Shown: positions 21,172-30,875 of the stretch, in pieces | Numbering within the stretch: position 1 is the first letter of the stretch | Layout of the letters: every line of letters begins with the position of its first letter | Source: an uncultured Mycoplasmatota bacterium | GTDB taxonomy: Bacteria > Bacillota_I > Bacilli_A > RF39 > UBA660 | DNA: 64,000 nt | Assembly (NCBI GenBank): GCA_946498975.1 | Contig: CAMMQC010000001.1 | Coordinates: 1-64,000, forward strand | Direction: 5' to 3' | Notes under the pieces: model-generated | The model's input: only the letters and a program-made list of their open reading frames with translations | Told to the model about the DNA's origin: nothing | Databases searched by the model: none | Made by a program: the position numbers and the translations under genes

Positions 21172-21513
21172 TTATCTACTTTTACCTTTACATGAAGCTT
21201 CATAAATATCATAAGAAGTTTCTCTTCTTACTAAAGTATAACCTGATTTTAATGCTACCTTTTTAGAAGCAATATTATCATATTTTATTTCAAGTATAGG
21301 TTTTTCTATTCTTTCAGTAATCAATTTTAAAGCAACTGTTGCAATACCTTGATTTCTATATTTTTCATAAACTTCATAGGCAATATGATTTTCTACAGTA
21401 AATAATATACCTACAATGTCGTTATTATCTTTATTTATTATATTAAAGAAAAGCTCACTATTTTTATTCTCTATTTCCACTAAATCTATATTCATAATAT
21501 ACTCCCATCCCAA
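21172..21513 (-). CDS. GNAT family N-acetyltransferase (small)
   Basis: YRNQGIATVALKLI...KKVALKSGY resembles the GNAT acetyl-CoA binding region. Confidence 0.5.
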   Translation of the reverse strand: MGWEYIMNIDLVEIENKNSELFFNIINKDNNDIVGILFTVENHIAYEVYEKYRNQGIATVALKLITERIEKPILEIKYDNIASKKVALKSGYTLVRRETSYDIYEASCKGKSR

Positions 21514-21549
21514 TATCAGTATAACATAATTTAATATTTAAGTGCTAGC

Positions 21550-22332
21550 TTATAAAATAGTTCTATTACCTATTTTTTTCAATATTTTTTGATTTCCCGA
21601 AACAACCTTATCATAGTTTTCTTTAATCCTGTCATCAACCATTATTGGATAATTAGCTTCTATACAATTTACTAATTCTTCAGTTCCTATACTAAATATC
21701 TCTAAAAAGTATTTATAAACTTCAGGAAAATCGTTTAAAAATCTATCAATACTCTCTGCATCTTTCGGTATACTAATATAAGGATTATAATAAAAATTAA
21801 AAGAGACAGCACCAAAACTCCTTGCAAAATCAATAACTGGTGTTAGATGAATAATATTTTTATCGATTATCTCTTCCATATTTCTACCAAATCTATCCGT
21901 TTGTTCCATCATAATATCTAGAGTGATTAATTTAGCTTGTTCTTTTTGATATGGTTTAGGTAGTAATTTTAATTTACTAACATTGTACACCTCACTAAAA
22001 GCTAAAATCTCATCATCAGTTGGATTTTTATATTTTAAATTTTGTTTTCTATAATTAGGAGTAGCGATTTTAATCTCATTTTTATCTAATAATAATTCTA
22101 AAGTAGTAGTTTCAAGATCAACTTTAGCACATAAATATCTACCTACAATTTCGTTACAAAGTTCTAACTCATTTACTTTTTTTACATAGTAATAGTCATC
22201 ACTTAATTTCATTAAATATTTACAACCTAAGGAATTCGCATAATTAGTTTTAGTTAAATATAATTTTGTAATAAAAGATAGCTTATTTTTAACAATATCA
22301 GTTCTAATTTTATCGCTAGTTAAATCTATCAT
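21550..22332 (-). CDS. Hypothetical protein
   Basis: 260-aa ORF. No confident domain. Confidence 0.35.
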   Translation of the reverse strand: MIDLTSDKIRTDIVKNKLSFITKLYLTKTNYANSLGCKYLMKLSDDYYYVKKVNELELCNEIVGRYLCAKVDLETTTLELLLDKNEIKIATPNYRKQNLKYKNPTDDEILAFSEVYNVSKLKLLPKPYQKEQAKLITLDIMMEQTDRFGRNMEEIIDKNIIHLTPVIDFARSFGAVSFNFYYNPYISIPKDAESIDRFLNDFPEVYKYFLEIFSIGTEELVNCIEANYPIMVDDRIKENYDKVVSGNQKILKKIGNRTIL

Positions 22333-22388
22333 TGTAATACCCCTTTCTCTAGAGGCATATTATACCAAAAAAAGAAGGAAATTTCAAA

Positions 22389-23345
22389 TTATTTCTTTCC
22401 TTCTTTAAATGTCTCACTCAATACTGTTCCTGCTGTTACTAAACTCTGTAATTCACTAGGAACTATTATTTTAGTAGACTGTCCATTAGCAACTTTTACC
22501 ATGGCATCATAACTTTTTAGTTTTAATACTGAAGCATCTGCTTTAGCATCTTTAAGTAGTCTAATACCTTCAGCTTCCGCATTCTTAATTTTAATAATTG
22601 CCTCTGCTTCACCTTCTGCTTTCTTAATAGCCGCTTCTTTCGCTGCTTCTGCTCTTAAAACTGTACTTTCTTTTTCTCCTTCAGCGATTAATACAGCAGC
22701 TTTCTTCTCACCTTCCGCTTGTAATATCTTTTCACGTCTTTCACGTTCTGCCCTCATTTGTTTTTCCATAGCATCTTGAATATCACGAGGTGGTATGATG
22801 TTTTTAACTTCTACTCTATTTACTTTAATACCCCAAGGATCAGTCGCTTCATCTAGAATTGATCTCATTTTAGAATTAATGATATCTCTTGATGTTAAAG
22901 TTTGATCTGGTTCAATTGTACCTGTATCTACTGCTCTATTAGGAGTTACTCCCATACTACTTAAGTCATTCGCATTTCCTACTACATTATCTTTTGTTAA
23001 ACTATACCTAATTGCAGAATCTGGCATTCTAGTCTCACCACTGTTTAATTCCATATCATCTAAATAAATAGTATAATCTGTATCAATACCACCTTCATTT
23101 ACTAAACTAAAGTTAAAACCATTTAAACTTTGGCCTTCACTATCTTCTAAAGGTATTACTTTCTCTAATACTAATTCATTTCCTTCTTCTAGTTTTAATC
23201 CTAAACTTCCTGCTCTAATAGCATATTCTTTAGTACCATATAAAGTAGTTGTTAAATACACAAAAGCTACTCCTATTAATAATATTAATATTATTGCAAT
23301 TCCAATTATTATTAACTTTTTATTTTTCTTTATAGACTCTTTCAT
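22389..23345 (-). CDS. SPFH/band-7 (stomatin/prohibitin-like) membrane protein with divergent N-terminal half
   Basis: N-terminal TM. C-terminal ILDEATDPWGIKVNRVEVKNIIPP and an Ala/Glu-rich coiled coil typical of SPFH proteins. Confidence 0.6.
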   Translation of the reverse strand: MKESIKKNKKLIIIGIAIILILLIGVAFVYLTTTLYGTKEYAIRAGSLGLKLEEGNELVLEKVIPLEDSEGQSLNGFNFSLVNEGGIDTDYTIYLDDMELNSGETRMPDSAIRYSLTKDNVVGNANDLSSMGVTPNRAVDTGTIEPDQTLTSRDIINSKMRSILDEATDPWGIKVNRVEVKNIIPPRDIQDAMEKQMRAERERREKILQAEGEKKAAVLIAEGEKESTVLRAEAAKEAAIKKAEGEAEAIIKIKNAEAEGIRLLKDAKADASVLKLKSYDAMVKVANGQSTKIIVPSELQSLVTAGTVLSETFKEGKK

Positions 23346-23622
23346 TTCCTAGCTCCTTACTACTCTTAATATTATCAATTATTTCTATTCTAATGCTTAA
23401 TATTAGTACGCAAAATCCTTTATATCAAATATTTTGACATTATAAAAGAATAGAATAATCTCTTACTCTATTCTTCTTACACTATGAAAAAAAGTAACTA
23501 AATTACTACTAAAAAGCACCCCCCAGTAACATATTGTAAACATGGTTTCTCATATTTTTACCTTCTTTCCTTATCTTTTGTTAATTTAATGATAACAGAA
23601 AAAAGAACTTAGACAAGTCCTT

Positions 23623-24165
23623 TTATTCATAATTATTTGCTCTAACTTCCATAAAACTTTGTGGGTGATTACATACTGGACATACCTCAAGAGCATCTTT
23701 ACCAACATATACATGTCCACAGTTACGACAAATCCAAATCTTGTCTCCATCTTTATGGAATACCCTATCATCTTTAACATTCTTAAGAAGTGTTAAATAT
23801 CTTTCTTCATGTTCTTTTTCAATCTTTGCTACACTTTCAAATAGGAATGCTAAACGAGTAAATCCTTCTTCTCTAGCAGTTTCAGCAAAGCCTTTATACA
23901 TATCAGTCCACTCATAGTTTTCACCAGCAGCAGCATCTTCTAAATTAGTCATAGTATCAGGAATATCTCCACCATGTAATTCTTTAAACCAAAGTTTAGC
24001 ATGTTCCTTCTCATTATTAGCAGTTTCTTCAAAAATAGCTGCTATTTGTTCATAACCATCTTTTCTAGCTTTAGATGCGTAATATGTATATTTATTACGA
24101 GCTTGACTTTCTCCTGCAAATGCAGTCATTAAGTTTTGTTCAGTTTTTGAACCTTTTAATTCCAT
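23623..24165 (-). CDS. rbr: Rubrerythrin
   Basis: Ferritin-like diiron domain [22 protein letters not shown]...EKEH plus C-terminal rubredoxin-like CRNCGH...CPVC. Confidence 0.85.
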   Translation of the reverse strand: MELKGSKTEQNLMTAFAGESQARNKYTYYASKARKDGYEQIAAIFEETANNEKEHAKLWFKELHGGDIPDTMTNLEDAAAGENYEWTDMYKGFAETAREEGFTRLAFLFESVAKIEKEHEERYLTLLKNVKDDRVFHKDGDKIWICRNCGHVYVGKDALEVCPVCNHPQSFMEVRANNYE

Positions 24166-24253
24166 TAATATACCTTCTTTCTACATATTATTTATATTAA
24201 AGAGCTAGCTCTATTAATATACTACTATTATTTTAACACTTATAAATTTTTCT

Positions 24254-24640
24254 TCAAGAGTTAACAGTATCTTTATTTAGTTTTTGACAATTATCACATA
24301 TACCTTCAAATACTAAGTTAACATGTTTAATATCAGTTAAATTAGAAGATGATAATAAATTATCTATAAGACTATTATCAAAAAAAACGTCAGTAATTTT
24401 ATTACATTTAAGACAATAAAAGTGATAATGATCTTTTCTATAATCATAATGAACTCCATCAGGACAATCTATCCTTCTAATAACATCATCATTAACTAGA
24501 GTATTAACAGTTCTATAAACAGTCGCTTGTCCTATATTTTTATCACTTACTAGTTCACACAACTCTTTAATAGTAGGATGATTATAGTTATTTTTTAATA
24601 CTTCTATTATCTCTTGTCTTTGTACTGTTCTTCTTTCCAT
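24254..24640 (-). CDS. perR: Fur-family transcriptional regulator, PerR-like
   Basis: 128 aa with ATVYRTVNTL HTH, HYH.YCLKC and CDNC metal sites. Adjacent to rubrerythrin. Confidence 0.7.
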   Translation of the reverse strand: MERRTVQRQEIIEVLKNNYNHPTIKELCELVSDKNIGQATVYRTVNTLVNDDVIRRIDCPDGVHYDYRKDHYHFYCLKCNKITDVFFDNSLIDNLLSSSNLTDIKHVNLVFEGICDNCQKLNKDTVNS

Positions 24641-24652
24641 ATCTACACCTTA

Positions 24653-24669
24653 TTGATAATCATTATCAA
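24653..24669. promoter_or_regulatory. Fur/PerR-box-like 8-1-8 palindrome TTGATAATCATTATCAA
   Basis: Perfect inverted repeat immediately upstream of the RBS of the Fur-family gene. Likely autoregulatory operator. Confidence 0.55.
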
Positions 24670-24882
24670 TTAAATTATAGTAAAATAAAATCTATAAGTC
24701 AATAAAAAGAACTAAATATCTCTATTTAATTCCTATATATTTTCTTTTAAACTCTTCTAAATCTTTAAAATACTTATTCTTAAAATCAATATCATTATTA
24801 ACGATACCTAAATTATTACTTTGTTTTAACATATATAAATATCTCATTTTTATTAAATAATCCTTTTCACTTTTCATAACTC

Positions 24883-25575
24883 TTACGAATACTTAACTAT
24901 ATTCTTTAACCTCCTAATCACTTTCTTTTCTATTCTTGATATATAAGACTGACTAATACCAAGTAGTTCTGCAACTTCTTTCTGGGTTAATTCATTATGT
25001 CCCATTAGTCCATATCTTAGTATGATAATATCTCTATCTCTTGGATTTAACTTCATAACTTCATCTAGCATTAATTTTTTATCTGTCTCTTCTTCTATTC
25101 CTTTAGTTACAATATCTGCATCTGTTCCTAAGATATCTTCTAGATGTAATTCATTCCCTTCTGCATCTAAACTAAGAGAGGCATCTATACTTACTTCTGT
25201 TTTAGATTTCTTAATCTTTCTTAAGTACATTAATATCTCATTATCAATACAACGTGATGCATAAGTTGCAAGCTTAATATTTTTATCTGGTTTAAAAGTA
25301 TTGATACCTTTAATAAGCCCAATTGTCCCTATACTAACTAAATCTTCTAAATCTACTTTCGTATTTTCATACTTTTTAGCAAGAAATACTACTAATCTTA
25401 GATTATGTTCAATTAAAACATCTCTTGCATGTATATCCCCATCCATAGCCATTACAAGATATGCTTCTTCATCTTCTTTTGATAATGGTTCTGGTAAGAT
25501 ATCACTACTACCTACATAAAATATTTCACATGATTTATCAAGTAAAAATGCTACTAAGTAAAGTAAACTAATCAT
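24883..25575 (-). CDS. sigE: Sporulation sigma factor pro-sigma-E
   Basis: Pro-sequence ending ...YVGSSDILPEPLSKEDE, then HARDVLIEHNLRLVVFLAKKY...GTIGLIKGINTF...ISQSYISRIEKK. Near-collinear with SigE. Confidence 0.85.
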   Translation of the reverse strand: MISLLYLVAFLLDKSCEIFYVGSSDILPEPLSKEDEEAYLVMAMDGDIHARDVLIEHNLRLVVFLAKKYENTKVDLEDLVSIGTIGLIKGINTFKPDKNIKLATYASRCIDNEILMYLRKIKKSKTEVSIDASLSLDAEGNELHLEDILGTDADIVTKGIEEETDKKLMLDEVMKLNPRDRDIIILRYGLMGHNELTQKEVAELLGISQSYISRIEKKVIRRLKNIVKYS

Positions 25576-26369
25576 TTTAATTCCTCCTCTATTATATTAG
25601 GGAGTATACAAGAAGCTCCCTTTATTTCTATATTCTTAGGACTAACTCCTAATAGGTATTTATTAGTAATTAAATTATCATCTATCCTTAATTCCTCTAT
25701 TTCTATACATCTAAGTAAACTATTAGAATCTACTGTTTTAAAGGGCACTAAAATAGACTCTTCTAAACTAAGATTAATTTCACTAGAATTAATAAGAATA
25801 ACTCCCCTTCTCTTATAGGGATCTTTAATATTATTACCTGTATCTAAGAATCCTAATGTATTAATAGTACCTTTTTTACACCTAATAGATACACTATGAA
25901 GTAGTTCTCTTTTCTTCTTTTCATTTTTCATCATTTTATGATATAGATAAAAGATTATAGGACTACTTATTAAGATAATTATTAAGTTTAAACTAGTCCC
26001 ATCATGGATAAAAATAAAACCTTTTTGTTTATAACTAAACTGATTATTTAAAAAGTAGATAAGTCCTCCTAAGATAATACTATTACCATATAGACTCTTT
26101 ATAAGAGAAAAAAATAGTTCCTTAGATGTTATTTTAAAATCAACTATAATCATAATAATACTTATTACTACTTTAAAAAGAAATAAAGAAAAATTATTTA
26201 AGGGTAGGAACAAAAGAAATGTACTAAGACTTCCTAGAAATGAAGATATAAGTAATCTTCTTTTTTTAGAAAAGACTTTACACTCTATACTAACTGTCAT
26301 TAAAAGGAGTAAATCAAACATGAAATTAATAAAGAATATTAGATCTAAATATACTTTCATTCCTACCAC
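25572..26369 (-). CDS. spoIIGA: Sigma-E processing aspartic peptidase SpoIIGA
   Basis: Five N-terminal TM segments plus GFLDTGN aspartyl protease motif. Directly upstream of sigE with 4-bp overlap. Confidence 0.75.
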   Translation of the reverse strand: MVGMKVYLDLIFFINFMFDLLLLMTVSIECKVFSKKRRLLISSFLGSLSTFLLFLPLNNFSLFLFKVVISIIMIIVDFKITSKELFFSLIKSLYGNSIILGGLIYFLNNQFSYKQKGFIFIHDGTSLNLIIILISSPIIFYLYHKMMKNEKKKRELLHSVSIRCKKGTINTLGFLDTGNNIKDPYKRRGVILINSSEINLSLEESILVPFKTVDSNSLLRCIEIEELRIDDNLITNKYLLGVSPKNIEIKGASCILPNIIEEELK

Positions 26370-26415
26370 CGTTTTAAGTATATAAAAAAAGAAGCGAATA
26401 ATTTGTCGTTTCTTA

Positions 26416-28536
26416 TTAAATATTATTTTTTTCCAATACTGTTAGGACTTTATATCTTGTACAAGTTTTAATTTTATTGTTAGTAAAGTCAAACATAACC
26501 ATACCGTTTACCCCGGTATTATAAATTAAAGAACCATTCTCCTCTAATCTTTCTACTACCTCTTTATGAGGATGATTAAATTTATTATCTACCCCTGCAG
26601 ATATTAAGGCATAAGTAGGATTAATAACATCTATAAACTCTTCACTACTACTAGTTCTAGAACCATGATGTCCTACTTTTAGTATTGTAATATCTGAAAG
26701 ATTATAATTATCTAAAATATATTTTTCACTTTTAATACTTGCATCTCCCATAAATAATAACTTCTTATTATCGATAGTACTATATAAAACTAAACTACTA
26801 TCATTTTCATCAGTATAAGTATTAGAGATAACTAAAAAGTTAAAGTTACCTAATCTGAAACTATCTCCTTCTCTTAATTTATAATGACTAGAAGAATTAA
26901 CCCATATTTTTTTCTCTAATGAATTTAAATCATTTCCATTAAAGAAAACAGTTCCCACATCTATCTCATCCATTATAGTTAAAGCTTCCCCAGCATGATC
27001 ATAATCTCCATGAGTTATGACTAAGTAATCTAATTTTGTTATACCTAACTGATTTAGAAAGGTAACTAAATATTTACCCTGGCTACTTTTTTCATACTGC
27101 ATCCAATCTTCTTGATAATAAGACATAACTCCTCCTGTATCTATTAACATAGCCTTATTATTAGATGTTAATAAAAAAGAATCTCCTTGTCCTACATCAA
27201 TCATATATAAAGCATCTTTTGGAAATACTTTAGGATAAGAGTAATGGACTACTATCATTAGTAATATTAAGTACAGAAATAACTTCTTTTTTATCTTTAA
27301 GAATAAATAACTAAATATAAGTACAAAGTATAATAAATAATAAACTAAATTGAATCTTGCTAGAGTTATATACCCTATATTAATGTGAGATAAAAATAAT
27401 ACACTTCCTTCAAAGATATTTATAAAAAACTCTAAGATAAAAGATAAATGCGGTATAAAGAAGCATGCAATTGATAAAGGAAATATAATAACATTAATAA
27501 AAGGAACATAGAAGAGATTATAAATTATACTAAGAGGATTAATATAAGAAAAATGATATAAAGAAATGGGTAAACTAACTAAGAAGCTTACCCATGATAC
27601 CTCTAATAAGTCTATTATCTTTCCTTTACTCTTCTTATTATTCATGTATAGTATTAAAGTACAACTTATAACTGTAGAGTACTGGAATCCTACATCGAAT
27701 ATGTAATAGGGATTTATTAAGAAAAGAATACTTAAAGATAATAGAATTAAGAAAAGAGGTCTTATATTGAAGTCAAAAGTGTTATTAATAGAAAATACTA
27801 AACTAAAAATCAAGGCTCTATCAATCGCTGCACAGTCTTCTATTATTAAATAATAACTAAACAAAAGACAAATAGCAAAAAATAAATTTTTGAGATTAAA
27901 CGATTTCCTACGTAGAGTAATAATTGAAATTAGAAAACTTATTTGTGTTCCTGATAGAGCGAAAAGATGGGAGATTCCAAGTTTTCTGAAATCTTCTTCT
28001 AAAGTAGTATCAAAGGAAGTATCATCTCCTAAGAAGAAGACTTTTATATAACTTCCTACTTTATTATCTGCTATACTACTTCTAACAGTATTTCTAATAC
28101 TATTTAAAATATTACTATTTTTTGTTTTAATAGTAAAATCAGATACTTTCATTATATAAAAAATCTTTTGGTATTTTAGGTAGGTAGGATAGGAAAAACC
28201 ATAAAAATTTTGACTGGAAATGGGTCTTTTTAACTCTCCTTCTAAAGTAAGAGTATCACCTAATGAAAGTTCTTTTTTTGTTTTATTTAATTCTTCTTCG
28301 GTATCGAAGTAATAAGTGGCGATAAGTTTTTCTTTAGTTTTAAGTGTCAGTGTCATTTTATTACCTTGATATTTTATAGATAAAACTTCTCCATCTATTT
28401 TAGTTTCACTCCCTTCAAATGAAGAAGTAAAATCTATATTTATATAAATAACAAGATAAGTTAAACTAATAATAAATAACGTAATATAAATAGATTTAAA
28501 TAGTAATATTTTCCTTAATCTGATCAAAGATAGCAT
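26416..28536 (-). CDS. comEC: DNA internalisation competence protein ComEC/Rec2
   Basis: Multi-TM competence domain and C-terminal metallo-beta-lactamase motifs IDVGQGDS, ITHGDYDHAGE. Confidence 0.8.
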   Translation of the reverse strand: MLSLIRLRKILLFKSIYITLFIISLTYLVIYINIDFTSSFEGSETKIDGEVLSIKYQGNKMTLTLKTKEKLIATYYFDTEEELNKTKKELSLGDTLTLEGELKRPISSQNFYGFSYPTYLKYQKIFYIMKVSDFTIKTKNSNILNSIRNTVRSSIADNKVGSYIKVFFLGDDTSFDTTLEEDFRKLGISHLFALSGTQISFLISIITLRRKSFNLKNLFFAICLLFSYYLIIEDCAAIDRALIFSLVFSINNTFDFNIRPLFLILLSLSILFLINPYYIFDVGFQYSTVISCTLILYMNNKKSKGKIIDLLEVSWVSFLVSLPISLYHFSYINPLSIIYNLFYVPFINVIIFPLSIACFFIPHLSFILEFFINIFEGSVLFLSHINIGYITLARFNLVYYLLYFVLIFSYLFLKIKKKLFLYLILLMIVVHYSYPKVFPKDALYMIDVGQGDSFLLTSNNKAMLIDTGGVMSYYQEDWMQYEKSSQGKYLVTFLNQLGITKLDYLVITHGDYDHAGEALTIMDEIDVGTVFFNGNDLNSLEKKIWVNSSSHYKLREGDSFRLGNFNFLVISNTYTDENDSSLVLYSTIDNKKLLFMGDASIKSEKYILDNYNLSDITILKVGHHGSRTSSSEEFIDVINPTYALISAGVDNKFNHPHKEVVERLEENGSLIYNTGVNGMVMFDFTNNKIKTCTRYKVLTVLEKNNI

Positions 28537-29191
28537 CTCCTATACCACTAACTTCTTTTAACTCTTCAATATTTTGAAATGCTCCTACTTCTTCCCGATA
28601 CTCTATTATAGCTTGTGCTTTTGATTCACCAATACCAGGAAGTGTCATTAACTCATCAAGTGTTGCAGTATTAAGTGATACTTTACCACTAATAACTACA
28701 CTACTAGAACTAGTATCATCAGTACTATCTTTAATACAAGCATCGTTTTGAATACCATTTTGTTTCAAACAGGCTTCTTGTTCTATTTCTTCCTTTTCTA
28801 TAGTTTCTGTGAAAGCCTCTACTTCATTATAACTATAAACAATAATAACCATTTCATCTTCAACTTTCTTAGAAAGATTCAAAACTGAAGTATCTGCAAC
28901 TTCCGTTAAATCACCTGCTAATCTAATGACATCAATAACTCTACTTCCTTCTTTAACAGTATATATTCCGGGATTAATAACTTCTCCTTTAATATCTACT
29001 TGATAGTAAACCTCTTCTTCCTCCTCTTCATCCTTTTTAGTATCTTTCTTTGTATTTAAAACTATATTTTCCTCTACTTTATTTTCCGCAGTATAATTTT
29101 TATAAATAAAGAAAGAGCCTATGACTAATAGCAAAACAAGTCCTAAACACACTAAAATAATTTGTTTTTTATGACGATAAGTAAAAGTCAT
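28496..29191 (-). CDS. comEA: Competence protein ComEA (SLBB + tandem helix-hairpin-helix). Start placed at MTFTY.
   Basis: TM helix. SLBB-like VDIKGEVINPGIYTVKEG. C-terminal SLNTATLDELMTLPGIGESKAQAIIEYRE. Confidence 0.75.
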   Translation of the reverse strand: MTFTYRHKKQIILVCLGLVLLLVIGSFFIYKNYTAENKVEENIVLNTKKDTKKDEEEEEEVYYQVDIKGEVINPGIYTVKEGSRVIDVIRLAGDLTEVADTSVLNLSKKVEDEMVIIVYSYNEVEAFTETIEKEEIEQEACLKQNGIQNDACIKDSTDDTSSSSVVISGKVSLNTATLDELMTLPGIGESKAQAIIEYREEVGAFQNIEELKEVSGIGDAIFDQIKENITI

Positions 29192-29265
29192 TTCTATTAC
29201 CTCCTTTCCAGTTATGATACTAACAGAAAGGAAAAATAATTGCAAAAAGGCAATTTTTAAAATTC

Positions 29266-29304
29266 AACAAAAAAAGGGCCTCAATTTATCAAATTGCCCT
29301 AAGG
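29266..29304 (-). terminator. Terminator downstream of spoVE (GGGC..GCCC imperfect stem followed by T7 on the minus strand)
   Basis: Minus-strand reading GGGCAATTTGATAAATTGAGGCCC followed by TTTTTTTGTTG. Confidence 0.45.
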
Positions 29305-29357
29305 AATTTTCAATTTTAAAGTGATAAATTCACTGAATTTTCAAAATTCATACTTTT

Positions 29358-30497
29358 TTAACTTTTTTTATCTCTTAGTCTATTTTCTATATTAACACGT
29401 TGAACTATTGCTAATGAAACCATTAAACACAAAGTAAAACTTCCTCCATAACTTAAGAAAGGTAGTGGAACTCCTGTCATTGGCATAAGTCCAAATAATC
29501 CCATTAAATTAACAATAACATGTAAAAAGATATAGACCGCAACTCCATAGCAAAGTAAAGCCCCTCTATTGGTATAACTTTCTCTACCTATCTTTAATAT
29601 TCTATAAAGTAAATAAAGATAAGCAAGGATGATAGCAATTCCTACAATAAGACCTAATTCTTCGACTACAACTGCAAAGATAAAGTCAGTATATGGATAT
29701 GGTAAATATAAATATTTCTGAGTACTATTACCAAGCCCAATTCCTGTAAGTCCTCCATTATTAATAGCAATATAACCATTACATACTTGGTTACCTGTAT
29801 CAAGAAGTCTATCACAAGGCCTTGTAAAATTAAATCTTTCTAACTGTCTTACTTGTAAAATACTTCCACCAGTCATAATAAGAACTGCACCTACTACTAA
29901 ACACATACCAAAGAAAAGAAGAAGTACTTTAAATTTAATTGATTTTGAAACAGGTGAAGAAAAAAAGATTAAACCAGTAAGTGCTGCAAAGATAATAGCA
30001 GTTCCTAAATCTGGTTGTAACATAATTAAGAAAGTTATTACTACTCCTATTATTAAAGGTATAATCGCTATAAAGAAATTATCTAAACGTTTCTCATGTA
30101 CTTCATAAAATCTTGCCATAAAAACTATCATAATTATTTTAATAAATTCACTAGGTTGTAAGGTAAAAGGACCTATAGGAATCCAACTAACAGCATAGTT
30201 TGTCGCTTTACCATAAATAAGTAATAGAATAAGTACTGCTACAAAAACTATTAAAAGAATATTTGACATTATACCATAAAATTTAGTATTAAATTTAACC
30301 ATAAATATACAAAAAATAAAACTTACTAACAAGAACATCCCTTGTCTTAAGAAATAAGCATAAGGGCTTCCCCCATTCATATAGGATGTAACATTACTAG
30401 CAGAAAATATCATTATAAGTCCTAATACGAAAAGAATTAAGGTTAGAATAAATAGAGGTTTATCTATATTTTTTATTATGTCCTTAAATTTAGTCAT
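29358..30497 (-). CDS. spoVE: SEDS-family peptidoglycan glycosyltransferase (FtsW/RodA/SpoVE)
   Basis: 10-TM SEDS protein. Lies in a sporulation/competence neighbourhood. Exact paralog (FtsW vs SpoVE) not resolvable by eye. Confidence 0.7.
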   Translation of the reverse strand: MTKFKDIIKNIDKPLFILTLILFVLGLIMIFSASNVTSYMNGGSPYAYFLRQGMFLLVSFIFCIFMVKFNTKFYGIMSNILLIVFVAVLILLLIYGKATNYAVSWIPIGPFTLQPSEFIKIIMIVFMARFYEVHEKRLDNFFIAIIPLIIGVVITFLIMLQPDLGTAIIFAALTGLIFFSSPVSKSIKFKVLLLFFGMCLVVGAVLIMTGGSILQVRQLERFNFTRPCDRLLDTGNQVCNGYIAINNGGLTGIGLGNSTQKYLYLPYPYTDFIFAVVVEELGLIVGIAIILAYLYLLYRILKIGRESYTNRGALLCYGVAVYIFLHVIVNLMGLFGLMPMTGVPLPFLSYGGSFTLCLMVSLAIVQRVNIENRLRDKKS

Positions 30498-30637
30498 TAT
30501 TCTAACCCTCCTTATCTTTAGTCTTTTTCTTTAAGAATACCACAAATTTCAGCATGTTTAAAGTAACCTAGTCAAATTCATTAACAATTTGACATATTTT
30601 TTCATATCTTATATTAGAAAAAGGAGGTTTTTAACTA

Positions 30638-30816
30638 TGTATTATTATGGTGGTGGATCATTTAATTCATTTCCAAGTTGCGGATGCGGTAATCAATGGT
30701 TCTTCCCTAGTTGCAATTGTGGCTGGGGATGGAATAACAACAATAACAATTATGCTATAATTTTAGTTTTATTTATACTATTGGTTATAGTAATTGGCAC
30801 AAGAATTTCAAGATAA
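30638..30816 (+). CDS. Small Gly/Cys/Trp/Asn-rich protein with C-terminal TM anchor (59 aa)
   Basis: Strong RBS AAAGGAGG 8 nt before ATG at 30638. MYYYGGGSFNSFPSCGCGNQWFFPSCNCGWGWNNNNNN followed by hydrophobic helix. Terminator follows. Confidence 0.5.
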
Positions 30817-30820
30817 AAAA

Positions 30821-30858
30821 CTGGGTAGAAATGAATAATTTCTACTCAGTTTTATTTA
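30821..30858. terminator. Hairpin terminator CTGGGTAGAAAT-gaataa-ATTTCTACTCAG followed by TTTTATTT, between convergent genes
   Basis: 11/12-bp stem. T-run on plus strand. Confidence 0.55.
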
Positions 30859-30875
30859 CAAATATTAAATAAATT

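Noticed and set aside
23586-23780. Minus-strand 64-aa ORF overlapping the rubrerythrin 3' end in another frame
   Set aside because: Overlaps the conserved rubrerythrin rubredoxin-domain coding region. No RBS.
25022-25519. Plus-strand ORFs 25022..25264 and 25301..25519 within sigE
   Set aside because: Antisense to sigE.
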